Assembly: GCA_046291055.1 (NCBI GenBank)
Contig: JBKBSR010000001.1
Coordinates: 1-53,096 of the forward strand
Source of the DNA: Roseococcus sp.
Lineage (GTDB): Bacteria > Pseudomonadota > Alphaproteobacteria > Acetobacterales > Acetobacteraceae
Length of the DNA: 53,096 nucleotides
Direction: 5' to 3'
The notes beneath the pieces were generated by a model. That model made no database searches. It was not told the DNA's origin and saw nothing but the letters and a program-made list of their open reading frames with translations. The translations under genes were made by a program, and so were the position numbers. Of the stretch, positions 16,751 to 26,473 are shown piece by piece (within the stretch, counting starts at the first letter, position 1; every line of letters begins with the position of its first letter).

Positions 16751-19089
16751 CAGCGCCGCCCTCCGGCTTCGAGCCTCAGCGCATTGCCGATGACGGCGAG
16801 CGAGGAGGAGGCCATGACCAGCGCCGCGATCAGCGGCGTGGCGTAGCCCGCGATCGCCACCGGCACCGCCACGATGTTGTAGAGCAGGGCGAAGCCGATG
16901 TTCTGCGCCGCCACGCGCTGGGCGCGGCGCGCGCGCTGCACCGCATCGGCCAGCGGCAGCAGCCCGCCGCCCTGCAGCACGAAGTCGCTCGCCGCCTGCG
17001 CCACGTCCATGCCGGTCGCGGGGGCGGCGGAGACATGGGCGACAGCCAGCGCCGCGGCGTCGTTCACGCCATCGCCCACCATCAGCACGCGCCGCCCCTG
17101 CGCGGCGAGTTCCGCGATGCGCGCGGCCTTGCGCGCCGGGCTGGCGCCGCCCTCCCAGAGCGCGATGCCGGCCTCGGCCGCCACACGGCCCACCACCTCC
17201 GGTGCATCGCCCGAGAGCAGCTCCACCCCGAGCCCGGCGGCGCGGAAGGCGGCGACGGCGGCGGCCGCGTCCTCGTGCAGCGAATCCTCGAAGCGGAAGG
17301 TCACCGGCGTATGGCGCGGGCGGGTGAAGTGCAGGCTCATCCCGCGCGGATCGGGCGGCAGTCCGCAGAAGCCCGCCGCGCCGAGCCGCGCCGCGCCGAG
17401 CGAAAGGCCCTGGCCCGGCGTCTCCGCCACGCCCTCGGCGGCCGGCGCCTCGGGGCAGGCGCGCAGCAGCGCCTGGGCGAGCGGATGGCGGCTCGCCCGC
17501 GCGAGGCTCGCCGCCGCGCGGAGATCCTCCTCCGTCCAGTCTCCCGGCAGCAGGCGCGGGCGGCCCTCGGTCAGCGTGCCCGTCTTGTCGAGCACCACAT
17601 GGTCGGCGCTGGCCAACCGCTCCAGCGCGGTCGCGGAGGCCACCAGCGCGCCGCGCCGGAACAGCGCGCCGGAGGTCACCACCTGCACCGCCGGCACGGC
17701 GATCGCGAGGCCGCAGGGGCAGGTGATGATGAGCGTCGCCACGGCCGGCACCAGCGCCGCCTGCCAGGGCAGGCCACCGAGCCACCACCAGCCGAGGAAG
17801 GTGAGCAGCGCGACGGCGTGGGCGAAGGGCACATAGATGCGCGCCGCGCGGTCGGCCAGAGCGGGGAAACGGCCGCGCGCCTGCTCGGCGCGCTCGATCA
17901 GCCGCCCCATCGCGGCGAGCGAGCCCTCGGCGGCGCGGGCCGTGACGCGCGCGACGAAGGGCGCGCCCATGTTCACGCCGCCCGCCGCCAGCGCCTCGCC
18001 GCGGGAGAAGCGCCGCGGCAGGCTCTCGCCCGTGGTGGCGGCTGTGTCGAGCAGCGCCTCCTCGGACTCCAGCACGGCGTCGAGGCGCAGCCGCTCCCCG
18101 GCCGCGACCAGGATGCGCGCGCCGGGCGCCACGCGCTCCACCGGCACCGGGGCGGGGGCGCCCAGCACCTGCACCTGCCCCTCCTGCAGCGCCAGCAGCT
18201 CCGCCACCGACTGCCGCGCGCGCCGCCGCGCCGCGCGGTCGAGCAGCCGGCCCGCGAGCATGAGCGCGAGCAGCGCCGTCGCGCCGTCGAACCATGTGTA
18301 CTCCCCGTTGCGCAGCGTCTCGGAGAAGGACATGGCGGTGGTGGCGAGCACGCCGAGCGAGACGGCGCTGTCCATGTTGAGCCGCCCCGCGCGCAGGCCC
18401 CGCCAGGCGCCGCGGTAGAGCGGCATGCCGGCCACCAGCACCGTGGGCATGCCGATCAGCGCGGCGAGCCAGTGCATGAGGTGGCGGGTCTGCTCGCCCA
18501 TGTCCATGCCGGCCCAGACGGGGACGGAGACGAGCATCACGTTCATCGCGCCGAAGGCGGCGATTCCAAGCGCGCGGAGCAGCTCCCGCCCCTCGGCGTC
18601 CTCGCTCGCGCGCAGGCAGGCGGGGGAGAAGGGCGCGACGCGGAAGCCGAGCCGCGCGATGAGCGCAGCCAGCGCGTTGGCGCGCGCGGCAGGGCCTTCC
18701 CAGGCGAGGCTGAGACGGCGCGTGGAGAGATTCGCGCGCGCGCGCCGCACATCGGGTTCCGCCATCAGCGCCTGTTCCACGAGCCAGACGCAGGCGCCGC
18801 AGGTGAGGCCGGAGACGACCAGCTCCAGCCGGTGAAGCCCGGGCCTTTCCTCCACCGCATGGGCGGCGAAATCGGCGGGCGGCGCCTCGACGGGGCGCAG
18901 CGTGCCGGCGGCCATCGCGCGCTTCCTGTAGAAGGCCTCGAGGCCGAGGCCCTGCACCAGATGGTGCGCGCCCTCGCAGCCCGCGCAGCAGAAGCGCCCC
19001 GCCCCGGGCGGCACGGGCGCGCCGCAATGCGCGCAGGCCGGCGCGCTCTGCGCGGCTTCGGCGACGGCGGTGCGGCCCAGCACGCTCAC
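16750..19089 (-). CDS. ccoI: Cu-translocating P1B-type ATPase CcoI/FixI
   Basis: CAHCG..CCAGC, HMA motif CGAC, TGES, CPC, DKTGT, GDGVND, YN, MASSS. GTG start overlaps the ccoH stop (GTGA). Confidence 0.93.
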   Translation of the reverse strand: MSVLGRTAVAEAAQSAPACAHCGAPVPPGAGRFCCAGCEGAHHLVQGLGLEAFYRKRAMAAGTLRPVEAPPADFAAHAVEERPGLHRLELVVSGLTCGACVWLVEQALMAEPDVRRARANLSTRRLSLAWEGPAARANALAALIARLGFRVAPFSPACLRASEDAEGRELLRALGIAAFGAMNVMLVSVPVWAGMDMGEQTRHLMHWLAALIGMPTVLVAGMPLYRGAWRGLRAGRLNMDSAVSLGVLATTAMSFSETLRNGEYTWFDGATALLALMLAGRLLDRAARRRARQSVAELLALQEGQVQVLGAPAPVPVERVAPGARILVAAGERLRLDAVLESEEALLDTAATTGESLPRRFSRGEALAAGGVNMGAPFVARVTARAAEGSLAAMGRLIERAEQARGRFPALADRAARIYVPFAHAVALLTFLGWWWLGGLPWQAALVPAVATLIITCPCGLAIAVPAVQVVTSGALFRRGALVASATALERLASADHVVLDKTGTLTEGRPRLLPGDWTEEDLRAAASLARASRHPLAQALLRACPEAPAAEGVAETPGQGLSLGAARLGAAGFCGLPPDPRGMSLHFTRPRHTPVTFRFEDSLHEDAAAAVAAFRAAGLGVELLSGDAPEVVGRVAAEAGIALWEGGASPARKAARIAELAAQGRRVLMVGDGVNDAAALAVAHVSAAPATGMDVAQAASDFVLQGGGLLPLADAVQRARRAQRVAAQNIGFALLYNIVAVPVAIAGYATPLIAALVMASSSLAVIGNALRLEAGGRR

Positions 19090-19550
19090 GGCGCGATGAG
19101 CCGCTGGCGGATGTCGAGCCGCCGGCCCAGCCCGTCCGTCAGGGTGCCGCGGAACTCCCACTGGCCGGGGCGCAGCGGGGGCAGATCGAAGCCCTGACGC
19201 GGCGTGGCGGCGCCGAGCTCCACCCGCGTGCCCTCCAGCGGGCGAAGCAGATGCGCCTCGATCACGCCCTCCACCGCGCGGCCTTCGCGGTCGGTCACCG
19301 CCACCGCGATGCGGCCGTCGTGCAGCGTCACGCGCGGCGTCCAGCCCAGGGCGTCCTGGCGAGCGGCCTCCTCCAGCACCCGATTGTAGGCGCGGCCGCG
19401 GTCGTAGCTCTGGCCCGTGGTGAGGCCGGGGAAGGTGCTGAGCGCGGCCCAGACCATCACCCCGTTCACGACGACCACCACGAGCATCCCGCCGACGAAG
19501 ACCCAGGGGATCCAGCCGCTGCGGCGCGGGGTGGCGGTGCTCCGGCTCAT
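19086..19550 (-). CDS. ccoH: FixH/CcoH family protein
   Basis: Single TM WIPWVFVGGMLVVVVVNGVM, then STFPGL..SY..G..YN and GQWE. Lies between ccoG and ccoI. Confidence 0.9.
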   Translation of the reverse strand: MSRSTATPRRSGWIPWVFVGGMLVVVVVNGVMVWAALSTFPGLTTGQSYDRGRAYNRVLEEAARQDALGWTPRVTLHDGRIAVAVTDREGRAVEGVIEAHLLRPLEGTRVELGAATPRQGFDLPPLRPGQWEFRGTLTDGLGRRLDIRQRLIAP

Positions 19551-21055
19551 GGGCGGGGCCCCAGGAAGCTGCTGCGCTGGGCGAGCACGCTGCGCCCCTG
19601 CGCGTCCAGCAGGCGGAAAGTGACGGGCGTGCTCTCGGGCAGGCGCAGGCCCGGCGGAGCGGTGACCAGGGCCCGCCACTGGGTGATGCCGTCATCGCGC
19701 GTCGAGATCACCGGGCGGCCCGCGGCGTCCTGCTCGGCGTCCTGCACCGTCAGCCGCAGGCCCTGCGGGCCCTCGAGCACCACGGCGAGGTGCAGCGTCG
19801 CGCCGCGGCCCTTGTTCGCGAGCTTGAGCGTGTAGCCGTTGCGGATGCCGCCGTCCGAGAGGGTGACGTAGAGCGGCGCGCGGTCGCGCTGCACGGAGAG
19901 GGTGAGCGTCTCGCGCATCAGCCAGGCGCCGAGCATCACGAGCAGCACCGCGGTCAGCACGCCCGCATAGACCAGCGTGCGCGGGCGGATCACCTTCTGC
20001 GGCTGGCGCACCGCCATGCCGGCGGCAAGCCGCTCCGGCCCCGGGGGCATGCCCTTCGTCGCGGCCTGGGAGGCGGCGAGGTTCTTGAGCGTCTCGAAGG
20101 CGATCAGGCCCTTCTCGCGGCCGAGCTTCGCCATCACGTCGTCGCAGGCGTCCACGCAGAGGCCGCAGCCGATGCATTCGAGCTGCTGCCCGTCGCGGAT
20201 GTCGATGCCCGTGGGGCAGACATGCACGCAGGCCTTGCAGTCCACGCAGTCGCCGTGCCGGCCGTCGGGCTTGCCGCGCGGCTCGCCGCGCCAGTCGCGA
20301 TAGGTGACGACGAGGCTGTTCTCGTCGAGCATCGCGCTCTGGAAGCGCGGCCAGGGGCACATGTAGGTGCACACCTGCTCGCGCGCCGCGCCGGCCAGCA
20401 CATAGGTGGTGGCGGTGAACAGCGCGAAGAACCCGTACACCTTCAGCGAGGCGCGGCCGGTGAGGATGTCCACCGTCACGGTCGGCGCGTCGTTGAAGTA
20501 CATGATCCAGGCGCCGCCCGTGGCCATGGCGATGGCGAGCCAGGCGGCGTGCTTGACGATCTTGAGCCGCCACCAGCGCCCGTCCTTCGGGCCGTGGTCG
20601 AGCTTCATGCGGGCGTTGCGGTCGCCCTCGATGCGGCGCTCGACCCACATGAACAAATCTGTCCAGACGGTCTGCGGGCAGGTGAAGCCGCACCAGAGCC
20701 GCCCGAACAGCGAGGTGACGGCGAACAGGCCGATCGCGCCCAGAACCAGCACGCCGGTGAGGAAATACACCTCCTGCGGCCAGATCTCGAACCAGAAGAA
20801 GAACAGCCGCGCATGCGCCATGTCCACCAGAACGGCCTGGTCGGGCACGCCCTCGCCGCGGTCCCAGCGGATCCAGGGCACGAGGTAGTAGAGCGAGAGC
20901 AGCGCCGCCAGCACCGCCCATTTCACGCGCCGCACCGGGCCCGACACCGCGCGCGGATAGACCTTCTGGTGCGGGGCGTAGAGCGAGGGCTCGCTGGAGG
21001 TGGAGGACACGCCGCTCTCCTTCCCTGGTGGCTTGCCCGGCGCAAGCGCGTTCAT
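19547..21055 (-). CDS. ccoG: cbb3 accessory 4Fe-4S protein CcoG/FixG (cupric reductase)
   Basis: GRLWCGFTCPQTV, CTYMCPW, CVDCKACVHVCP, CIGCGLCVDAC. Confidence 0.95.
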   Translation of the reverse strand: MNALAPGKPPGKESGVSSTSSEPSLYAPHQKVYPRAVSGPVRRVKWAVLAALLSLYYLVPWIRWDRGEGVPDQAVLVDMAHARLFFFWFEIWPQEVYFLTGVLVLGAIGLFAVTSLFGRLWCGFTCPQTVWTDLFMWVERRIEGDRNARMKLDHGPKDGRWWRLKIVKHAAWLAIAMATGGAWIMYFNDAPTVTVDILTGRASLKVYGFFALFTATTYVLAGAAREQVCTYMCPWPRFQSAMLDENSLVVTYRDWRGEPRGKPDGRHGDCVDCKACVHVCPTGIDIRDGQQLECIGCGLCVDACDDVMAKLGREKGLIAFETLKNLAASQAATKGMPPGPERLAAGMAVRQPQKVIRPRTLVYAGVLTAVLLVMLGAWLMRETLTLSVQRDRAPLYVTLSDGGIRNGYTLKLANKGRGATLHLAVVLEGPQGLRLTVQDAEQDAAGRPVISTRDDGITQWRALVTAPPGLRLPESTPVTFRLLDAQGRSVLAQRSSFLGPRP

Positions 21056-21065
21056 GGCCCCTGCC

Positions 21066-21935
21066 TTACTCCCCGCCGCCGAGGGCGTGGACGTAGACGG
21101 TCAGCATGTTGATCGTGGCGGGATCGAGCCGCGCGCGCCAGGAGGGCATCACGCCCGCGCGGCTGTAGGAGATGCTGCGCACGATGCTCGCCTTGTCGCC
21201 GCCGTAGAGCCAGATGCGGTCGTTCAGCCGGGGCGCGCCCATGTCGCGGTTTCCCTCGCCGCGCTCGCCGTGGCAGGCGGCGCAGTTCTCGGCATAGAGC
21301 TCGGCGCCGCGCTGGGCCGCGGCCCGGTCCGTGGCGCGGTCGGTGAAGGAGAGCACATGCTCCGCCACGTCGTTGATCTGCGCGAGGGTGAGCATCTGCG
21401 TGGCCAGATAGGCGGGCATGGCGATGCCGCGCTCCTCGTCGCTCTCGCCGGCGCGCACGCCGTGGGAGATGGTGTGGTGGATGGCCTCGAAGCTGCCGCC
21501 GAAGAGCCAGTCGTCGTCGGCGAGGCTCGGGAATCCGCCCGCCGCGCCCTGGCCGCCCGCGCCGTGGCAGCCGGCGCAGTTGTTGGCGAAGGCCACGCGC
21601 CCGCCGGCCATGGCGAAGGCGCGCAGCTCGGGGTCGGCGGCGATCTGCTCCGGCGTGGCGGAGCGGATGCGCGCGAGCATGGGCTCCATCCGCGCGCGCC
21701 CCTGCTCGAGCTGCGCGGGCAGGGCGCCGCGCGCCGTCCAGCCCGTCAGGCCCGTGGCGCCGGTGATGGGTAGGGCGGGGTAGAGCACCACCCACACCAG
21801 CGAGAACAGCACCGTCGCGTAGAAGGTGTAGAGCCACCACTTCGGCAGCGGCGTGTTGAGTTCCTTCAGCCCGTCCCACTCGTGGCCGGTGGTGTTCTGG
21901 CCGGAGAGGCTGTCCTTCTCGATCTTGGTCGGCAT
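21066..21935 (-). CDS. ccoP: cbb3-type cytochrome c oxidase subunit III (dihaem)
   Basis: TTGHEWDGLKELNTPLPKWW; haem motifs CAGCH and CAACH; start MPTKIEKD. Confidence 0.96.
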   Translation of the reverse strand: MPTKIEKDSLSGQNTTGHEWDGLKELNTPLPKWWLYTFYATVLFSLVWVVLYPALPITGATGLTGWTARGALPAQLEQGRARMEPMLARIRSATPEQIAADPELRAFAMAGGRVAFANNCAGCHGAGGQGAAGGFPSLADDDWLFGGSFEAIHHTISHGVRAGESDEERGIAMPAYLATQMLTLAQINDVAEHVLSFTDRATDRAAAQRGAELYAENCAACHGERGEGNRDMGAPRLNDRIWLYGGDKASIVRSISYSRAGVMPSWRARLDPATINMLTVYVHALGGGE

Positions 21936-21949
21936 GGTCTTGCCTTTCC

Positions 21950-22102
21950 TCAGCCGTTCGTCTCGTCGCGGAAGATCATCTGGCCGCGCCGGCGCCATTC
22001 CTCGCGCCGCGAGGGGCGCATCACCCAGATCAGGATCCCGCCGAAGAGCAGGAAGAACCAGACGACCCAGAGGGTGGAGAAGAGGGGTTGCAGTTCGCTC
22101 AT
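21950..22102 (-). CDS. ccoQ: cbb3-type cytochrome c oxidase subunit IV (50 aa, absent from the ORF track)
   Basis: Hand translation: MSELQPLFSTLWVVWFFLLFGGILIWVMRPSRREEWRRRGQMIFRDETNG*. Lies between ccoO and ccoP. Confidence 0.9.
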   Translation of the reverse strand: MSELQPLFSTLWVVWFFLLFGGILIWVMRPSRREEWRRRGQMIFRDETNG

Positions 22103-22112
22103 CGCCGCCCCC

Positions 22113-22844
22113 TCACTGCTGGCGGAGCTGGGCGGGGGTCACGTCGCGGAAGTCCACGAGCGTGCCCAGCATCTGCAGATAGGCCACCAGCGCGTCCATC
22201 TCGGTCACCACCGCCGGGTTGCCGTCGAAGGCGGCCTGGCGGGCGCGGGCGTAGCGGGACTGGAAGCCGGCCGCGTCGCGGTCGGGGCGGGCCTGCGCCT
22301 CGAGGTCCGCGCGCGCGTTCGCCACCATCTCGTCGGTGTAGGGCACGCCCAGGGCGCGCAGGGCGCGCAGATGCTCCTGCACGTTGCGGTAGTCGAGCGG
22401 GCGGTCGAGGAAGGCGTAGGGCGGCATCACGCTGCCCGGCACCAGCGCCCGCGGGTCGCGCAGATGCGCCGCGTGCCAGTCGTCGGAATAGCGACCGCCG
22501 ACGCGCGCCAGATCGGGGCCGGTGCGCTTGGAGCCCCACTGGAAGGGATGGTCGTACATGCTCTCGGCCGCGAGCGAGTAGTGGCCGTAGCGCTCATGCT
22601 CGTCGCGGAAGGGGCGCACCATCTGGCTGTGGCAGACATAGCAGCCCTCGCGCACGTAGATGTTACGGCCCATGAGCTCGAGCGGCGTGTAGGGACGGAT
22701 GCCCTGCACGCGCTCGATGGTGCTCTCCACCGTGAAGAGCGGCACGATCTGCGCGAGCCCGCCGATCGAGACGGTGATGAGCGAGAGCACGGCGAGCAGG
22801 ATGACGTTCCGCTCGATGGTGCCGTGGGTGAAGTTCTTCAGCAT
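22113..22844 (-). CDS. ccoO: cbb3-type cytochrome c oxidase subunit II
   Basis: [34 protein letters not shown]. Confidence 0.97.
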   Translation of the reverse strand: MLKNFTHGTIERNVILLAVLSLITVSIGGLAQIVPLFTVESTIERVQGIRPYTPLELMGRNIYVREGCYVCHSQMVRPFRDEHERYGHYSLAAESMYDHPFQWGSKRTGPDLARVGGRYSDDWHAAHLRDPRALVPGSVMPPYAFLDRPLDYRNVQEHLRALRALGVPYTDEMVANARADLEAQARPDRDAAGFQSRYARARQAAFDGNPAVVTEMDALVAYLQMLGTLVDFRDVTPAQLRQQ

Positions 22845-22857
22845 CGCGTGGGCTCCC

Positions 22858-24348
22858 TCACTCGGCCGGCACGGCGCGCGCGCCGGCGGGGGCCGCCGCG
22901 CGGGCGGGCTCCGCGGCCTCGCTCTCGGTAATGGTCTTCCAGACGTTCCAGGCCATCAGCAGCGCGCCGCCCAGGTAGAGCACGCCGCCCAGCACGCGGA
23001 TCACGTAGTAGGGGTGCATGGCCGCGACCGTCTCGATGAAGCTGTACTGCAGGAAGCCCAGCTCGTCGTAGGCGCGCCACATGAGGCCCTGCATGATGCC
23101 CGAGACCCACATCGCCGTGATGTAGAGCACGATGCCGATGGTCGCGAGCCAGAAGTGCCAGGACATGAGCCTGGTGCTCCACATGCCGCGCCGGCCCCAG
23201 AGCGTCGGGATCAGCCAGTAGAGCGCGCCGAAGGTGACGAGGCCGTTCCAGCCGAGCGCGCCCGAATGCACGTGGCCGATGGTCCAGTCCGTGTAGTGGG
23301 ACAGCCCGTTCACCGCGCGGATGGACATGACCGGCCCCTCGAAGGTGGACATGCCGTAGAAGGCCACCGCGGTGACGGAGAAGCGCAGGCCCGGGTTGGT
23401 GCGCAGCTTGTCCCAGGCGCCGGAGAGCGTCATGATCCCGTTGATCATGCCGCCCCAGGAGGGCATCCAGAGCATGACGGAGAACACCATGCCCAGCGTC
23501 TGCGCCCAGTCGGGCAGGGCGGTGTAGTGCAGGTGGTGCGGGCCCGCCCAGATGTAGAGGAAGATCAGCGACCAGAAGTGCACGATGGAGAGGCGGTAGG
23601 AATAGACCGGCCGCTCCGCCTGCTTCGGGATGAAGTAGTACATCATCCCGAGGAAGCCCGCGGTCAGGAAGAAGCCCACCGCGTTGTGGCCGTACCACCA
23701 CTGGATCATCGCGCCCTGCACGCCCGGCGGCGCCGCATAGGACCAGGTGCTGCCGATCGAGACGGGCAGCGAGATGTTGTTCCCGATGTGCAGCATCGCG
23801 ACCGTGATGATGAAGGCGAGGAAGAACCAGTTCGCCACGTAGATGTGCGGCTCCTCGCGCTTCATGATCGTGCCCGTGAAGGCGACCAGGTAGATCACCC
23901 ACAGCACGGTCAGGAACAGGTCCACGAACCACTCGGGCTCGGCGTATTCCTTGCCCTGCGTGACGCCGAGCACGTAGCCGAGCGCCGCCGAGACGATGAA
24001 GAACTGGTAGCCCCAGAACAGGAACCAGCCCATCTCCTCGCCGCCGAACAGCCGCGCCCGGCAGGTGCGCTGCACGATGTAGAGCGAGGTGCCGAGCAGC
24101 GCGTTGCCGCCGAAGGCGAAGATCACCGCGCTGGTGTGCAGCGGGCGCAGCCGGCCGAAGGTGGTCCATTCGAGGTCAAGATTCAGCAGCGGCCAGGCGA
24201 GCTGGGCGGCGATGACCACGCCGACCAGGAACCCGACGATCCCCCAGAACAGGGTGATGACGGCGAAGGCGCGGATCGGGCCCTCGACGTAGTCCGGCAT
24301 GGGTCTGTCTGCGGCGCTCCCATGGGCGGCCGCGGCTGCGGTGGCCAT
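22858..24348 (-). CDS. ccoN: cbb3-type cytochrome c oxidase subunit I
   Basis: [34 protein letters not shown] (haem and CuB ligands). Confidence 0.98.
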   Translation of the reverse strand: MATAAAAAHGSAADRPMPDYVEGPIRAFAVITLFWGIVGFLVGVVIAAQLAWPLLNLDLEWTTFGRLRPLHTSAVIFAFGGNALLGTSLYIVQRTCRARLFGGEEMGWFLFWGYQFFIVSAALGYVLGVTQGKEYAEPEWFVDLFLTVLWVIYLVAFTGTIMKREEPHIYVANWFFLAFIITVAMLHIGNNISLPVSIGSTWSYAAPPGVQGAMIQWWYGHNAVGFFLTAGFLGMMYYFIPKQAERPVYSYRLSIVHFWSLIFLYIWAGPHHLHYTALPDWAQTLGMVFSVMLWMPSWGGMINGIMTLSGAWDKLRTNPGLRFSVTAVAFYGMSTFEGPVMSIRAVNGLSHYTDWTIGHVHSGALGWNGLVTFGALYWLIPTLWGRRGMWSTRLMSWHFWLATIGIVLYITAMWVSGIMQGLMWRAYDELGFLQYSFIETVAAMHPYYVIRVLGGVLYLGGALLMAWNVWKTITESEAAEPARAAAPAGARAVPAE

Positions 24349-24435
24349 CTCGTGTCCTTCCTCGCTCCTCGGCGCGCGCGGAATCGGGGCCGCGCGGCGA
24401 TGGGCGAAGGGAAGCAGTGCTGCGGCGCAGCGTCC

Positions 24436-24449
24436 TTGAGGGAGATCAA
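24436..24449. promoter_or_regulatory. FNR/FixK-type binding site
   Basis: TTGAG-GGAG-ATCAA (minus strand TTGAT-CTCC-CTCAA), 9/10 match to TTGAT-N4-ATCAA, 88 bp upstream of ccoN. Confidence 0.85.
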
Positions 24450-24512
24450 CCCGCTGGCGCCCGGTTTCGGCGAAACAGTAGGATCACACCCGCAGACCCG
24501 AGGGAGGTTCCG

Positions 24513-25298
24513 ATGGAAGCGGAGAGCACCGAGGCCGCCATTCCCGTCACCCGGCGCGTGCGCCAGGTCGCCACCGACCGTCCCTGGACCTGGCTCACCG
24601 CCGGCTGGCGGGACATGATGGCGAACAAGCCCATCAGCCTCGCCTACGGGGCCGCGCTGGTGCTGCTCGGCTGGCTGCTCACGCTGCTGATGTTCGAGTT
24701 CGAGACGCCCTGGGCCATCCTGCCGGCCAGCGCGGGCTTCTTCATCATGGCGCCGCTGCTGGCCACCGGGCTCTACGAGGTCAGCCGCCGCCGCGCCGCG
24801 GGCGAGGGCGTGACGCTGGCGGAGGCCGCGCAGGGCTTCCGCCGCAACGGCGTGCAGATCGCGATGATGGGCGTGCTGCTGCTGGTCATCCATCTCTTCT
24901 GGATCCGCATCGCCGGGCTGCTCTTCGCCCTTTTCTTCGGGCTGAACTTCTCGCCCTCGCTGGCGCAGCTTCCCATGGCCATGCTGCAGAGCGACCAGCT
25001 CCTGCCCTTCCTGGTCGTGGGCACGGGCTTCGGCTTCGTGCTGGCGGCCGCCACCTTCGCCATCTGCGCCGTCTCCATCCCGATGCTGCTCGACCGGCCG
25101 GAGGTGACCTTCCTCGAGGCGGTGACGGTCTCCATCCAGGCGGTGATGGAGAACTGGAAGGCGATGGCGCTCTGGGCCGGGCTGATCGTGGTGTTCACCG
25201 GGCTCGCGCTGATTCCTTTCTATCTCGGATTGATCATCGCCATGCCGCTGATCGGCCACGCCACCTGGCACGCCTACAAGGATCTCGTTCTGCGCTGA
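24513..25298 (+). CDS. DUF2189-like integral membrane protein
   Basis: WL.AGWRD, GLYEVSRRR, SIPMLLDR, C-terminal PLIGHATWHAYKDL. GGAGG SD; divergent from ccoN. Confidence 0.85.
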   Translation: MEAESTEAAIPVTRRVRQVATDRPWTWLTAGWRDMMANKPISLAYGAALVLLGWLLTLLMFEFETPWAILPASAGFFIMAPLLATGLYEVSRRRAAGEGVTLAEAAQGFRRNGVQIAMMGVLLLVIHLFWIRIAGLLFALFFGLNFSPSLAQLPMAMLQSDQLLPFLVVGTGFGFVLAAATFAICAVSIPMLLDRPEVTFLEAVTVSIQAVMENWKAMALWAGLIVVFTGLALIPFYLGLIIAMPLIGHATWHAYKDLVLR

Positions 25299-25411
25299 GC
25301 CGCGGGCCGGCCCGCCTGTTCTCTCTGGAAGCCCGCCCCGCCGTCTGGCACACTCGCAGGTAGTGGGGCCACGCGCGGAGCGTGCGCCCATGGCGCGGTG
25401 GAAGGGGGGCG

Positions 25412-26473
25412 ATGCGAGGCGGATGGCGGCGGTCGGTTGCGGCGCTCCTGCTGGCGCTGGCGACTGTGCCGGCGGGTTCGCCGGCCCGGGGGGAATCGCC
25501 CGTGCATCTGCGGATCATGGGCGGCCTCGCCAATGTCAGCCAGTATCTGCGCTTCGAGCAGCCCTTCTGGGAGCGCCGCATCCGAGAGTTGAGCGGCGGG
25601 CGGCTGACCGCCGAGATCATCCCCTTCGACGCGGCGGGGCTTCGCGCCAGCGATGTGCTGCCGCTCATGCGCCTCGGCGTGGCGCCCTTCGCGAATGTGC
25701 TGCTGGCCGCCGCCGCCGCCGAGGAGCCGGAGATCAACATCGCCGATCTGCCGACCCTGAACCCCGACCTCGGCGCCCTGCGCCGGAACGTGGCGCAGGC
25801 GCGCCCCTTCCTCGCGCAGCTCCTGCGCGAGCGCTACGACGTCGAGCTGCTGGCGATCTACACCTACCCGGCGCAGGTGATCTTCTGCCGCCGGCCCTTC
25901 GCGGGCCTGTCGGACCTCGCCGGGCGGCGCATCCGCACATCCTCGGTGGCGCAGTCGGAGGTGATGGAGGCGCTGGGCGCCGCGCCCGTGGTGATTCCCT
26001 TCGCCGAGATCGTGCCCGCCATCCGCGCCGGCGTGGTCGAATGCGCCATCACGGGCACGCTCTCGGGCAACGCGATCGGGCTGCACGAGGTGACGACGCA
26101 TGTGCATGCGCTGGCCATCTCCTGGGGGCTCTCGGCCTTCGGCGCAAGCCGCGGCGCCTGGGAGGCGCTGAGCGAGGCGGACCGGGCGCTGCTGCGCGGC
26201 GCGCTGGCGGAGCTTGAGCGCGACATCTGGGAGGGGGCCGAGCGCGAGACCGGCGAGGGGCTGGCCTGCAACACGGGCCAGCCGGGCTGCACCGCCGGGC
26301 GGCCCGGACGGATGACGCTGGTGCCCGTCTCCGCCGCCGATTCGGCGCGGCGCGAGCGCCTGCTGCGCGAGACCGTGCTGCCCCGCTGGATCAACCGCTG
26401 CGGGCCGGAGTGCGCCGAGGTGTGGAACAAGCTGCTCGCCCCCGTCACCGGGGTGCGCGCGGGCGGGCCCTGA
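25412..26473 (+). CDS. TRAP transporter substrate-binding protein (DctP family), orphan
   Basis: Signal peptide, ELSGGRL, DLAGRRIRT, ALGAAPVVIPFAEIVPAIRAGVVECAI. C-terminal Cys pairs CNTGQPGC and RCGPEC. Confidence 0.85.
   Translation: MRGGWRRSVAALLLALATVPAGSPARGESPVHLRIMGGLANVSQYLRFEQPFWERRIRELSGGRLTAEIIPFDAAGLRASDVLPLMRLGVAPFANVLLAAAAAEEPEINIADLPTLNPDLGALRRNVAQARPFLAQLLRERYDVELLAIYTYPAQVIFCRRPFAGLSDLAGRRIRTSSVAQSEVMEALGAAPVVIPFAEIVPAIRAGVVECAITGTLSGNAIGLHEVTTHVHALAISWGLSAFGASRGAWEALSEADRALLRGALAELERDIWEGAERETGEGLACNTGQPGCTAGRPGRMTLVPVSAADSARRERLLRETVLPRWINRCGPECAEVWNKLLAPVTGVRAGGP

Noticed and set aside
16751-19027. 813-aa ORF 16586..19027 as a giant CcoS fusion
   Set aside because: Only the last 54 aa are CcoS; the rest is an off-frame shadow of ccoI.
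21936-21998. N-terminal extension of CcoP in the ORF track
   Set aside because: It overlaps ccoQ. The downstream ATG at 21935 has a purine-rich SD-like sequence and a typical CcoP start.
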